From positions 1 through 61,516 of the forward strand of contig CAZHPW010000001.1 of NCBI GenBank assembly GCA_964534515.1: a DNA stretch of 61,516 nt, given 5' to 3'. The notes beneath the pieces were generated by a model, which had not been told where the DNA came from, did no database searches, and saw only the letters and a program-made list of their open reading frames with translations. The translations under genes and the position numbers were made by a program. This document shows, piece by piece, positions 52,679 through 61,516 of this stretch; within the stretch, counting starts at the first letter, position 1; every line of letters starts with the position of its first letter. This stretch comes from an uncultured Christensenella sp. Lineage in GTDB: Bacteria; Bacillota; Clostridia; Christensenellales; Aristaeellaceae.

Positions 52679-53742
52679 GCACCCTGTCCACATCCCTCAC
52701 CAAGTTCAGGCGGACCCCGGCCTTTACCGGCTTTGTCCTGTTTGTCATCGCGCTGGCACTCAACATCGTGATGCAGGGCATCAACTCGGGCAACCCCCTG
52801 GCCTTTTTCAACCCCAATTCCTACGGCACCATGCTCATGACCAACGCCCCATTTATCCTGACGGCCATGGCGCAAAGCCTGCTGCTGATTGTGGGCCTTC
52901 TGGACATTTCCATCGGCATACAGCTGGCCCTGGTCAACGTGGTGTGCATCATGGTGCCCCAGGAGCTGGGCGTGCCGGTCTGGGTGGGCTGGGTGGCCGC
53001 GATGGGCGCCAGCCTCCTGATTTCAGCCCTCGTGGGTGCCGGCAGCGCCGTTTTGAGGCTGCCCGCCATGCTGGTGGGCTATGCCTTCATCTTCATCATC
53101 AAGGGCATCAACGTGTCTATTATGAGTAAGCCCCAGGGCAAGGTGCCCAAGGAAATCTACCTGCCCTACCAAAACCTCATCTTTGGGGTCATCCCGGTGG
53201 CGCTATTGGTCTTAATCGCGGTGTTTATGCTGTGGCGCTTCGTCATTCGCCGGCCGCTGGGCAAGCACCTGTACGCCGTGGGCGGCAGCCCCCGCAACGC
53301 CTACGCCGCGGGCATCAGCCCGGTCAAGGTGCAGATGCAAGCCAACCTCCTCAAGGGCTTCATCGTGGGCGTGGGCGGCATCTGCCTAACGCTGATGAAC
53401 GCCTCAGGCAACCCCCTGCAAGCGGAGGACTACGGCCTGCGCTCCTTGATTGCCTGCATCCTGGGCGGATTGGGCTTTGGCGGCTGGGGCAGCATGGCCT
53501 GCGGCGTCTTCGGCGCGTCCTTCTTTGTGCTCATCCAAAACGCGGTCTATTATTTCTTCAGCTACCTCTCCAAGGTGATTGAGGGCTTTGCCCTATCCAC
53601 CTACTGGCAAAACCTGGTCAGCGACGTCATTTTGCTCCTGGGCCTTCTGGTCACCATCATCACCGCCAAGGAGCAGCGCAAGACCTTGAAGGAAGGCCTG
53701 ATGAATCAGTTCAAGGGAGGTGCCGCCCGTGTCAGCCATTGA
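52675..53742 (+). CDS. Sugar ABC permease (RbsC/MglC-type)
   Basis: 355 aa, about 9-10 TM. ATGA overlap with the ATPase gene. Confidence 0.85.
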   Translation: MSTLSTSLTKFRRTPAFTGFVLFVIALALNIVMQGINSGNPLAFFNPNSYGTMLMTNAPFILTAMAQSLLLIVGLLDISIGIQLALVNVVCIMVPQELGVPVWVGWVAAMGASLLISALVGAGSAVLRLPAMLVGYAFIFIIKGINVSIMSKPQGKVPKEIYLPYQNLIFGVIPVALLVLIAVFMLWRFVIRRPLGKHLYAVGGSPRNAYAAGISPVKVQMQANLLKGFIVGVGGICLTLMNASGNPLQAEDYGLRSLIACILGGLGFGGWGSMACGVFGASFFVLIQNAVYYFFSYLSKVIEGFALSTYWQNLVSDVILLLGLLVTIITAKEQRKTLKEGLMNQFKGGAARVSH

Positions 53743-54730
53743 GAATACAAGTACCCTGCCCTGGTACCACCCCAAAAAGATGTTTAGTACGCTCAGGCGC
53801 AGCCCGCCGCTGGTGGCCTTTTTGCTGTCCGCGCTGCTGTTTGTCATCACCATCATCATCAACCCCCGCGGCTTTAACAACCGCTTCATCGGCTCCCTGA
53901 TTTTGCTGACCACGCTGCTGGCCATCTCCTCTGCCGGGCAGACCATTGTCTTAATCGGCGGGGGCATGGACTTCTCCGTGGGCGCGGTGATGTCGGCCGC
54001 CGCCATCATCACCACCTACACCATGGACAAGCAGGACAGCCTGATGATTTACCTGCAGGTGCTGGCGCTGTCCCTGGTAATGGGCGCGACAGTCGGCCTG
54101 CTCAACGGCTTCTTTGTGGTCAAAATCGGCCTGCCGGCGATGATCGTCACCATGGCGGTGTCCAACATCATCACCCGATTGCAATACGTCTTTACCTCGG
54201 GCTCACCCGCGGGCTGGGCCGGGCAGAAGTTTGTGGATTCCATCATCTACCGCTTCTTTGATCTGATTCCGTCCATCGTGCTCTACGCCCTGGTCTTTGT
54301 GCCCATTGTGTTCTGGCTGCTCAACCGCTCGCGCTTTGGCAAGCAGGTCTACATGGTGGGCAACAACCGCCAGGCCGCGCTGTTAACCGGGGTCAAGGTC
54401 AACTGGGTCATCATCGCCACCTATGTGATTTCAGGCATGATGTCCGCTTTCGCCGGCATCCTGGGCGCGGGCTACAAGGCCACGGCCAGGGTGGACATCT
54501 TTGGCGAGTACGCCTTTACCTCCCTGGTGGCCGTCATCGTGGGCGGCACCACCTTCTCAGGCGGTGTGGGCACCTACACCGGCACCATAGCGGGCGCGCT
54601 GCTGATGACCATGCTGTCCAACCTCTTAACCACCCTGGGCCTGCCCCAGACCATGCGCGACATCCTAAACGGCGTCATCATCATCCTGCTGCTGATGCTC
54701 TACAACCGCTCCAAATCCGTGCGGCAGTAA
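53729..54730 (+). CDS. Sugar ABC permease (RbsC/MglC-type), second subunit
   Basis: The track ORF starts at 53720, but GTG 53729 lies 8 nt after GGAGG (53716-53720) and is preferred. Multi-TM and paralogous to the preceding gene. Confidence 0.8.
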   Translation: MSAIENTSTLPWYHPKKMFSTLRRSPPLVAFLLSALLFVITIIINPRGFNNRFIGSLILLTTLLAISSAGQTIVLIGGGMDFSVGAVMSAAAIITTYTMDKQDSLMIYLQVLALSLVMGATVGLLNGFFVVKIGLPAMIVTMAVSNIITRLQYVFTSGSPAGWAGQKFVDSIIYRFFDLIPSIVLYALVFVPIVFWLLNRSRFGKQVYMVGNNRQAALLTGVKVNWVIIATYVISGMMSAFAGILGAGYKATARVDIFGEYAFTSLVAVIVGGTTFSGGVGTYTGTIAGALLMTMLSNLLTTLGLPQTMRDILNGVIIILLLMLYNRSKSVRQ

Positions 54731-54734
54731 TGAC

Positions 54735-55688
54735 ATGAAGAAAACACATCTTGGCATTGACCTGGGCGGCACCACCATCAAAATGGGCCTGGTGGATGAG
54801 CAGTACCGCATCACCCGCCACCTGGTCAAGCAGACACATGAAGATTTTAAGACCGTGGTCGCCGACATGGCGCAGGGCGTTGCGCAATTGCTCGCGCAAG
54901 GCGGCCTTACAAAAGCAGACATCGACTACATCGGCCTGGGCGTGCCCAGCACCGTGCATCCGGAAAGCGGGCGGCTGATTTTGGCCAACAACACAGGCTG
55001 GGAAAACGCGCCCATGAAGGAAGCGCTGCAGCAGCAAACCGGGCTGCCCGTCCTCATCGCCAATGACGCGGACTGCGCCTTGGCGGGCGAGGCGCTCTGC
55101 GGCAGCGCCAAAGGCCAAGAGGATGTGCTCATGCTGACCCTGGGCACCGGGGTGGGCGGCGCGATGCTGATAAAAGGCAAATTGTTCTCCGGCTGTGACG
55201 GCATGGGCATGGAGGTCGGCCACCTGCCGCTCATCGCGGGCGGGCCGCCCTGTACCTGCGGGGCAAACGGCTGTGTGGAGACCCTGGTGTCTGCCACCGG
55301 GCTCATCATGATGACGCAGCAGGCGATGGAAAAGACCCCTGACAGCCTGATGAACAAAAAAGCCCGCGAGGGCGTCCCGGTAGACGGCCGGCTGGCTTTC
55401 TCCTGCTTAAAGGAAGGGGACAAAGCCGCGGAAGAGGTCATAGCGCGTTATTGCGCGCTCTTGTCTCAAACCATCGGCGGGCTGGTCAATGTCTTCCGCC
55501 CCGCCCTGGTGCTCTTGGGCGGCGGCATCTCAGGCGCGGGAGAGCCTTTGTTTTCAAGGGTAAGGGACAATTTGCCCGGATTCATCCTGTCCCATTCCGT
55601 CATCGGCGGACCAAAAGTGATGCCCGCCACCCTGGGCAATGAGGCCGGCATCATCGGCGCGGCCAATCTAGTGCGCTTGACCATCTGA
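54735..55688 (+). CDS. ROK-family sugar kinase (glucokinase-like)
   Basis: 317 aa. LGIDLGGTTIK ATP motif and the ROK zinc signature CTCGANGCVE. Confidence 0.9.
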   Translation: MKKTHLGIDLGGTTIKMGLVDEQYRITRHLVKQTHEDFKTVVADMAQGVAQLLAQGGLTKADIDYIGLGVPSTVHPESGRLILANNTGWENAPMKEALQQQTGLPVLIANDADCALAGEALCGSAKGQEDVLMLTLGTGVGGAMLIKGKLFSGCDGMGMEVGHLPLIAGGPPCTCGANGCVETLVSATGLIMMTQQAMEKTPDSLMNKKAREGVPVDGRLAFSCLKEGDKAAEEVIARYCALLSQTIGGLVNVFRPALVLLGGGISGAGEPLFSRVRDNLPGFILSHSVIGGPKVMPATLGNEAGIIGAANLVRLTI

Positions 55689-55760
55689 ATAAAACAAATA
55701 GAAGAACAAGCATGATTGCGCCTGTGTCCTTGGATGCAGGCGTTCTGACAGGAGGACTGG

Positions 55761-57266
55761 ATGAAGAAACTGATTATTTTGCTGTGCCTGGCGGCGCTCT
55801 TGCTGACTCTGACCGCGCCTGCCCTGGGCGAGGAAGCCGCCTACAACTGGTATGAGGTCTTTGTCTACTCCTATGCCGATTCCAACAATGATGGCATCGG
55901 CGACCTGAAAGGCTTGAGCGGCAAACTGGACTACATCCGTGACATGGGCTATAACGGCCTCTGGCTGATGCCCATCATGCCCAGCCCCAGCTACCACAAG
56001 TATGACGTGACCGATTACCGCGCGATTGACCCGGTCTACGGCACGATGGAGGACATGAAGGCCTTTGTTTCCTCCGCGCATGAAAAAGGCATCAGGGTCA
56101 TCATCGACCTGCCGGTCAACCATTCCTCCACCCAGCACCCCTGGTTTTTAGCCGCCATTGACGCGCTCAAACAGGGCGACACGGACAACCCTTACATCGC
56201 CTATTACAATTTCTCAAAGGACAAGGGCGACAAGATGGTGCCGGTTGCGGGCACGGACTGGTTTTATGAGGAGCAGTTCCAGGGCGGCAACATGCCCGAT
56301 TTGAACTTGGACAGCGAGGCGGTCAAAGAAGAAATCAAGGGCATTCTGGACTTCTGGCTGAGGGAGGTGGGCGTGGACGGCTTCCGCCTGGACGCGGTCA
56401 CCAGCTTTTACGCGGGGAATGACCCCAAGAGCATTGAATTTTTGAGTTTCCTGAAGCAAACTTCCAAAGATTTAAAGCCCGGCAGTTTCCTGGTGGGCGA
56501 GTGCTGGAAGGGGCTTTCCCAGATTGCCGATTACTATGCTTCCGGCATTGACAGCTTTTTCCTCTTCCCCGCCTCCCAGGCAGAGGGCTACATCGCGGCC
56601 TCCATGCGCGCCAGGCGGCCTGCGGACGCTTACGCCAAGAATTACCAGAGGGTGAAGGACGCCCTGCCCGATGTGCTGTGGACGCCTTTCCTGTCCAACC
56701 ACGACACCGGGCGGACCGTCGGCCTGGTGCAGGGGCGGCAGGCGCCGGAGCGCGTCAAGTTTGCCCATGCCCTTTTGGGCTTGATGGAAGGCTATGTCTT
56801 CACCTATTACGGTGAGGAAATCGGCATGGCCGGCTCCGGGGATGACCCCAACAAGCGCCTGGCCATGGACTGGGGCGATGAGCCGCGCACCCAATTGCCC
56901 CCCGGCGTCACCAAGGAGGAGTACCCCTTCGCTCCGGTGTCGGAGCAGTTGAAGGATCCGGCCTCCATCCTCAATTACGTCAAAGCTTTGAACCACCTGC
57001 GCCTCAACCACCCCGAAATCGCCCTGGGCGTGACCGAATTTGAGCAGGTCAACGCCGACACCCTCCTGATGCGAAAGAGCCTGGCTGATTCCGACATCTA
57101 CCTCGCCGTCAACTTCTCCAGCAAGGAAGCACGGGAACTCACCCTGGACACAGGCTTCACGCTGACGGACGGGCTGTACATGGGCGATGACAAGGCCGCG
57201 CTGAGTGAAACGGGCCTGCTCGCCCTGCCGCCCTACGGCATCGCGGTACTGGAAAAGCAACAATAA
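55761..57266 (+). CDS. Secreted GH13 alpha-amylase-family glycosidase
   Basis: 501 aa, signal peptide MKKLIILLCLAALLLTLTAPALG. GH13 regions DLPVNHSS, GFRLDAV, YYGEEIGM, FLSNHD. Confidence 0.9.
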   Translation: MKKLIILLCLAALLLTLTAPALGEEAAYNWYEVFVYSYADSNNDGIGDLKGLSGKLDYIRDMGYNGLWLMPIMPSPSYHKYDVTDYRAIDPVYGTMEDMKAFVSSAHEKGIRVIIDLPVNHSSTQHPWFLAAIDALKQGDTDNPYIAYYNFSKDKGDKMVPVAGTDWFYEEQFQGGNMPDLNLDSEAVKEEIKGILDFWLREVGVDGFRLDAVTSFYAGNDPKSIEFLSFLKQTSKDLKPGSFLVGECWKGLSQIADYYASGIDSFFLFPASQAEGYIAASMRARRPADAYAKNYQRVKDALPDVLWTPFLSNHDTGRTVGLVQGRQAPERVKFAHALLGLMEGYVFTYYGEEIGMAGSGDDPNKRLAMDWGDEPRTQLPPGVTKEEYPFAPVSEQLKDPASILNYVKALNHLRLNHPEIALGVTEFEQVNADTLLMRKSLADSDIYLAVNFSSKEARELTLDTGFTLTDGLYMGDDKAALSETGLLALPPYGIAVLEKQQ

Positions 57267-57624
57267 AAAACCGCCATATTCATAAAAGGCAATCGCACAC
57301 TACCCAAAGCGCGGTGCTCAGGATAAACAACGGCGAATACCCCACCCATCACAGCAGGCCAGAGTCAATCCTTCCTCGGAGCATGGGCACATAGAATCAC
57401 CTTTTTTGCCGCGCTTCCGACAGGCTGTGGCATCCGCACGGGCGAAAAACCCAAAATTGGATTGTGTACAAAAATATTTTCGGTATCGTTTTCATGACCC
57501 AAAGCCCTTGTACCGCAAGGGATTGACCGAATTAAACAAGTTGGTTTTTCTTTGCTTTGTCTGATGATTTAAACAAATTCGCGTCCATTTCGGGTAAGTT
57601 CTTAATGCCAGATTCCCCATGATA

Positions 57625-57641
57625 TGGCAAATATTTTGCCA
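57625..57641. promoter_or_regulatory. Perfect 7-3-7 palindrome, candidate repressor operator abutting the -35 box
   Basis: TGGCAAA-TAT-TTTGCCA, 2 nt upstream of the predicted -35 of the maltodextrin-type ABC operon. Confidence 0.35.
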
Positions 57642-57643
57642 GA

Positions 57644-57672
57644 TAGACAAAAAAGAAAAAGGGTGTTATAGT
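57644..57672 (+). promoter_or_regulatory. Candidate promoter of the maltodextrin-type ABC operon
   Basis: TAGACA (57644-57649), 17-nt spacer, TATAGT (57667-57672) preceded by TGT. Confidence 0.5.
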
Positions 57673-57757
57673 TCATGCTATCCCCGGGAAGGTTTTCAGC
57701 CTACCGTGTATAAGAAAACTGGCGCATAAGCGCCGCCACAAAAGAAGGAGGACTCCC

Positions 57758-58978
57758 ATGAGGAAATTTTTCGCTCTCGTCCTGACCCTCGCGATGATGC
57801 TGTCCCTGTTCAGCTTTGTCGCCTCTGCCGAAGGCTACACCGGCGACGTCAAAATCTGGGTCGCTGATGCCATGGTCGACCTGACCAAAGCCAAGGTGGA
57901 AGAATTCAAGGCTGCCCACCCCGAGTACGCCGGCCTCAACGCGCTGGTGGAACCGGTTGGTGAAGGCGATGCCGCCACCAACATGATTACTGACGTCGAA
58001 GGCGGCGCCGACATCTTCGGTTTCGCCCAGGATCAGTTGTCCCGCCTGGTCGCCGCCGGCGCCCTGGTTGAGCTGTCTGAAGAGAACGCCGCCATCGTCA
58101 AGGCTGAGAATGACCCCGGCGCTGTCGCCGCTGTCACCATGGCCGATTTGATGTATGCCTACCCCATGACCAGCGACAACGGCTACTTCCTGTACTATGA
58201 CAAGTCTGTCATCACCGATCCCTCCACCGTGGAAGGCATCCTGCAGCAGGCCGAAGCCGCCGGCAAGAAGTTCTACTATGAAATGAACTCCGGCTGGTAT
58301 CAGACCGCTTACTTCTTTGGCACCGGCGCCTTTGTCACCTACGATGTGGATGACGCGGGCAACCTGGTCAAAGCCAACATCAACTACGCCAGCCCCGAAG
58401 GCCTGGCCGCGCTGAAGGGCCTCATCGCCCTGGCCAAGAGCCCCGCTTATGTCAACGGCTCCTCCGCCAGCAACGCCACTGACTACGCCGCCATCGTGGA
58501 CGGCACCTGGGATCAGGAAACCGTGAAGGCCGCCTTTGGCGAGAACTTCGCCGCGACCAAGCTGCCCACCTTCAACGTGGATGGCAAAGACTATCAGCTC
58601 TCCGGCTTTGGCGGCTTCAAGATGCTGGGCGTGAAACCCCAGGTTGACGAAGCCAAACTGGCCGCCTGCGACGCCCTGGCCCTCTACCTGGCCGGCGAAG
58701 AAGTCCAGGCCGCCCGCTTTGAGCAGTCCGGTTGGGGCCCCTCCAACCTGAACGTTCAGCAGTCTGAGGCCGTCAAGAATGACGTCGCCCTCTCTGCCCT
58801 CGCCTCCCAGCTGGCGTTCACCATTCCCCAGGGCCAGTACCCCGGTGACTATTGGTCCACCGCCACCGGCCTTGGCGATGACATCATCGCCGGCAAACTC
58901 AATGACCTGAGCGACGAAGACCTTTTGACCCGTCTGAAGGACTTTGAAACCATCCTGGTTGGCCTGGTCACCAAGTAA
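57758..58978 (+). CDS. Maltose/maltodextrin-type ABC substrate-binding protein (MalE-like)
   Basis: 406 aa, signal peptide MRKFFALVLTLAMMLSLFSFVASA. The KIWVAD...DIFGFAQDQL pattern is typical of MalE-class SBPs. RBS AAGGAGG. Confidence 0.85.
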   Translation: MRKFFALVLTLAMMLSLFSFVASAEGYTGDVKIWVADAMVDLTKAKVEEFKAAHPEYAGLNALVEPVGEGDAATNMITDVEGGADIFGFAQDQLSRLVAAGALVELSEENAAIVKAENDPGAVAAVTMADLMYAYPMTSDNGYFLYYDKSVITDPSTVEGILQQAEAAGKKFYYEMNSGWYQTAYFFGTGAFVTYDVDDAGNLVKANINYASPEGLAALKGLIALAKSPAYVNGSSASNATDYAAIVDGTWDQETVKAAFGENFAATKLPTFNVDGKDYQLSGFGGFKMLGVKPQVDEAKLAACDALALYLAGEEVQAARFEQSGWGPSNLNVQQSEAVKNDVALSALASQLAFTIPQGQYPGDYWSTATGLGDDIIAGKLNDLSDEDLLTRLKDFETILVGLVTK

Positions 58979-58987
58979 GTAAACCCT

Positions 58988-59022
58988 ACACAGGCCGGGA
59001 TTATCCCGGCCTGTGTTTTTTC
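58988..59022 (+). terminator. Terminator/attenuator after the MalE-like gene
   Basis: Perfect 12-bp stem ACACAGGCCGGG/CCCGGCCTGTGT, 5-nt loop, then TTTTTT. Confidence 0.8.
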
Positions 59023-59055
59023 TGCGCCAAGTAGAAACAAGAAGTTGGTGTTAAA

Positions 59056-60537
59056 ATGGTTGATTTGGAATACCTCAAGCTAAGCCGGGGGCAGAAGATG
59101 GTTCGCAACATGGCGAACTATTTAAAGCGCCTGCCGGGCCGGATTGCCCGCGGATTCCTCAAGATGCTCACCTCCATCGGGCTGTTTTTTAAGAACCTGT
59201 ACGAGGAGGTCAAGGACGTCGCGCTTACTTTTGTCAACGGCGACTGGAAGACTCGTGCCTCCTTTTTTATCATGGGCTTTGGCTCCATCGCCCGCGGGCA
59301 GGTCATCAGAGGCCTGCTGTTTTTGCTGTTCCAGGTGATTTTTATCGCCTACATGGTGTTCTTTGGCGGCTATTACTTAAGCAAACTGCCCACCCTGGGC
59401 ACCGTTGAAACCGCCAAGAAAGGCCGTGTCACCGTCTACGGCGACAACAGCTTCCTGATCTTGCTCTACGGCATTCTGACGGTCTTCTTCATCATCGCCT
59501 TTATCTATACCTGGCGGGTGAACGTGCGGCAGAACAAAGTCAGCCAGCAGCTGTTAAAGGACGGCAAGAAGCTCAAGACCGCCAAGGACGACGCGGCGGC
59601 CATGGCCGACCACCAGTTCCACAAGACGCTTTTGGCGCTGCCCACCTTTGGTATCTTCACCTTCACCATCGTGCCCATTATCTTCATGGTGCTGGTGGCC
59701 TTCACCAATTATGACTACACCCACCAGCCCCCGGGCAAGCTGTTTACCTGGGTAGGCCTGGACAACTTCTACAACATGCTGGGCACCGGCACCGCCAACT
59801 TCGGCGATACCTTCCGCCAGGTGCTGCTCTGGACGCTCATCTGGGCCTTCTTCGCCACCTTCCTCAACTATTTCCTGGGCATGATGGTGGCCATCATGAT
59901 TAACAAGAAAGGCATCAGGCTCAAGAAAATGTGGCGCACCATTCTGGTGATGACGATTGCCATCCCCCAGTTTGTCAGCCTCCTGTACGTGTCCAAAATG
60001 TTCGCCGCGGACGGTATCATCAACAGCCTCTTGATGAACTGGGGCTGGATATCAAAGCCCCTGCCCTTCTGGACGGACGGCACCTGGGCCAGGATTACCA
60101 TCCTGGTTATCAACATCTGGATTGGCATCCCCTACCTGATGCTGATTGCCACTGGGATTTTGATGAACATCCCGGCTGACCTGTATGAGTCCGCGCGCAT
60201 TGACGGCGCCAACGCGGTACAAACCTACGCCAAAATCACCCTGCCCTACATGCTGTTTGTAACAGGGCCTTACCTGTTAACCAGTTTCATCGGCAACATC
60301 AACAACTTCAACGTCATCTTCCTCTTAACGGGCGGGCGGCCGCTCTCCATGGAGCTGGCCGGCAACGCGGGCTACACCGACCTGCTGATTACCTGGCTGT
60401 ACAAGATGACGGTAACGGATACCAACTACAAGATGGCCGCCGTCATCGGCGTCATTGTGTTCATTGTGACCGCTGTCATCAACCTGGTGGTGTACAACAT
60501 GATTCCCTCGGTCAAGAATGAGGAGGATTTCCAGTAA
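59056..60537 (+). CDS. MalF-like ABC permease
   Basis: 493 aa, EAA loop YESARIDGANAVQTYAKITLPYM. The start is uncertain: ATG 59056 has a weak RBS, and ATG 59098 is an alternative. Confidence 0.85.
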   Translation: MVDLEYLKLSRGQKMVRNMANYLKRLPGRIARGFLKMLTSIGLFFKNLYEEVKDVALTFVNGDWKTRASFFIMGFGSIARGQVIRGLLFLLFQVIFIAYMVFFGGYYLSKLPTLGTVETAKKGRVTVYGDNSFLILLYGILTVFFIIAFIYTWRVNVRQNKVSQQLLKDGKKLKTAKDDAAAMADHQFHKTLLALPTFGIFTFTIVPIIFMVLVAFTNYDYTHQPPGKLFTWVGLDNFYNMLGTGTANFGDTFRQVLLWTLIWAFFATFLNYFLGMMVAIMINKKGIRLKKMWRTILVMTIAIPQFVSLLYVSKMFAADGIINSLLMNWGWISKPLPFWTDGTWARITILVINIWIGIPYLMLIATGILMNIPADLYESARIDGANAVQTYAKITLPYMLFVTGPYLLTSFIGNINNFNVIFLLTGGRPLSMELAGNAGYTDLLITWLYKMTVTDTNYKMAAVIGVIVFIVTAVINLVVYNMIPSVKNEEDFQ

Positions 60538-61478
60538 TGGCAAAAGAAAAGCAAATACCGGAAGTCGAAACCTACATCGACCACGAAGCCGGTGTCATCA
60601 GAGAGGTCAAGCAGCCTAAACTGCGCAGCCGCAAGTCGCATGAGCGGCGGGTGAACGGCGCGATTTACACGCTGCTCATCATCATTTCCATCATCTGGAT
60701 TGCGCCCTTCATCTTCCTCTTGCTGCAATCCTTCCGCTCCTATTTGACCGAGGACGGCGGCATGGTGGCCTACCTCATCCCCAAGGCCTTCTCCCTGGAC
60801 AACTACCGCTTCCTCTTTGAGGACGGCACCTACCTGCGCTGGTACACCAACACCCTCATCATTGCCCTGTTCTGCGCCTTTATCCAGACGGGCATGGTGC
60901 TCTCGGTGAGCTATGTGCTTTCCCGCATGCGCTTCCGCGGACGCCGCTTTTTAATGAACGTCATCCTGGTGCTGGGCATGTTCCCGGGCTTCTTAACGAT
61001 GATCGCGCTCTACTTCCTCCTAAAGCAGCTGGGCCTCACCCAGGAGGGCGCCATCCCCGGGCTGATTCTCATCTACACGGCCAGTTCGGGCATGGGCTAC
61101 TACATCTCCAAGGGCTTCTTTGACACCATCCCCAAGTCCCTGGACGAGTCCGCGCGCATTGACGGCGCGACCCGCTTCTACGTCTTCCGTAAAATCATCA
61201 TGCCCCTGTCAAAGCCCATCGTGATTTACACCATCCTCATGGCCTTCATGGCGCCCTGGGGCGATTATGTGTTTGCTTCCTACGTCGCCTTTGGCAAATC
61301 GGACAGTTACAACGTGGCCGTGGGCCTTTACCGCTGGGTGAACACCCTGGACTACCAGGGCTACTTCACCCGCTTCTGCGCGGGCGGCGTGCTGGTGGCC
61401 ATTCCCATCACCGCCTTATTCCTGGTACTGCAAAAATACTATGTTGAGGGCGTCACCGGCGGCGCCGTCAAGGGCTAA
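60537..61478 (+). CDS. MalG-like ABC permease
   Basis: 313 aa, EAA loop DESARIDGATRFYVFRKIIMPLS. TAATG overlap with the MalF-like gene. Confidence 0.9.
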   Translation: MAKEKQIPEVETYIDHEAGVIREVKQPKLRSRKSHERRVNGAIYTLLIIISIIWIAPFIFLLLQSFRSYLTEDGGMVAYLIPKAFSLDNYRFLFEDGTYLRWYTNTLIIALFCAFIQTGMVLSVSYVLSRMRFRGRRFLMNVILVLGMFPGFLTMIALYFLLKQLGLTQEGAIPGLILIYTASSGMGYYISKGFFDTIPKSLDESARIDGATRFYVFRKIIMPLSKPIVIYTILMAFMAPWGDYVFASYVAFGKSDSYNVAVGLYRWVNTLDYQGYFTRFCAGGVLVAIPITALFLVLQKYYVEGVTGGAVKG

Positions 61479-61490
61479 AAGGAGCGACAC

Positions 61491-61516
61491 ATGGCAAGCG
61501 TAACATTGGAACACGT
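61491..61516 (+). CDS. 5' end of a probable MsmX/MalK-type ABC ATPase gene (truncated by the window edge)
   Basis: AAGGAG 6 nt upstream of the ATG. MASVTLEH resembles the usual N-terminus of MalK/MsmX proteins. Only 8 codons are visible. Confidence 0.35.

Noticed and set aside
57481-57494. cre-like (CcpA) site CGGTATCGTTTTCA upstream of the maltodextrin-type operon
   Set aside because: It has two mismatches to TGWAANCGNTNWCA at conserved positions and lies ~150 nt upstream of the predicted promoter. Too weak to report as a feature.
1-61516. Search for CRISPR arrays, tRNA/rRNA genes, and prophage, integrase, restriction-modification or toxin-antitoxin modules
   Set aside because: I found no regularly spaced direct repeats, no cloverleaf-like or rRNA-like segments, and no integrase, Cas, methyltransferase or small paired toxin-antitoxin ORFs. 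The only mobile-DNA signatures are the IS630 fragment and the AT-rich island.

Overview
This is a 61.5-kb chromosomal segment from a GC-rich genome, roughly 58-60% G+C by eye. Protein families and GGAGG-type ribosome-binding sites suggest Firmicutes/Clostridia, but that taxon call is inference only. I see about 50 protein-coding genes and no rRNA, tRNA or CRISPR array. Most of the window is solute uptake and carbohydrate use: a LacI + GH31 + CUT1 sugar ABC operon; ribulokinase and transketolase; an Fe(III)/thiamine-type ABC importer; an Opp/Dpp-type peptide ABC importer; an ABC-2/GldG/DUF4340-like operon; a PBP1 (ribose-type) sugar ABC with a ROK kinase and a secreted GH13; and a maltodextrin-type ABC system. 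The left edge is a truncated IS630-family element. Five items stand out. (i) An AT-rich single-gene island at 39.6-40.4 kb encodes an orphan 4-TM protein and sits beside a duplicated hairpin module. (ii) A ~100-150-nt intergenic element occurs just downstream of two unrelated genes (9.9 kb and 40.5 kb). (iii) A LytTR two-component system lies next to an exported FMN-binding-motif/rhodanese fusion protein, and the adjacent divergent promoter region carries perfect 10-bp direct repeats at 21-bp spacing. (iv) An exported double-CxxC thioredoxin/glutaredoxin-like protein is translationally coupled to the peptide ABC operon. (v) A cytochrome-b5-like lipoprotein lies beside a small membrane protein with paired histidines. 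I cannot point to one clearly novel system; these are candidates. All family calls come from motif recognition by eye, with no database search.
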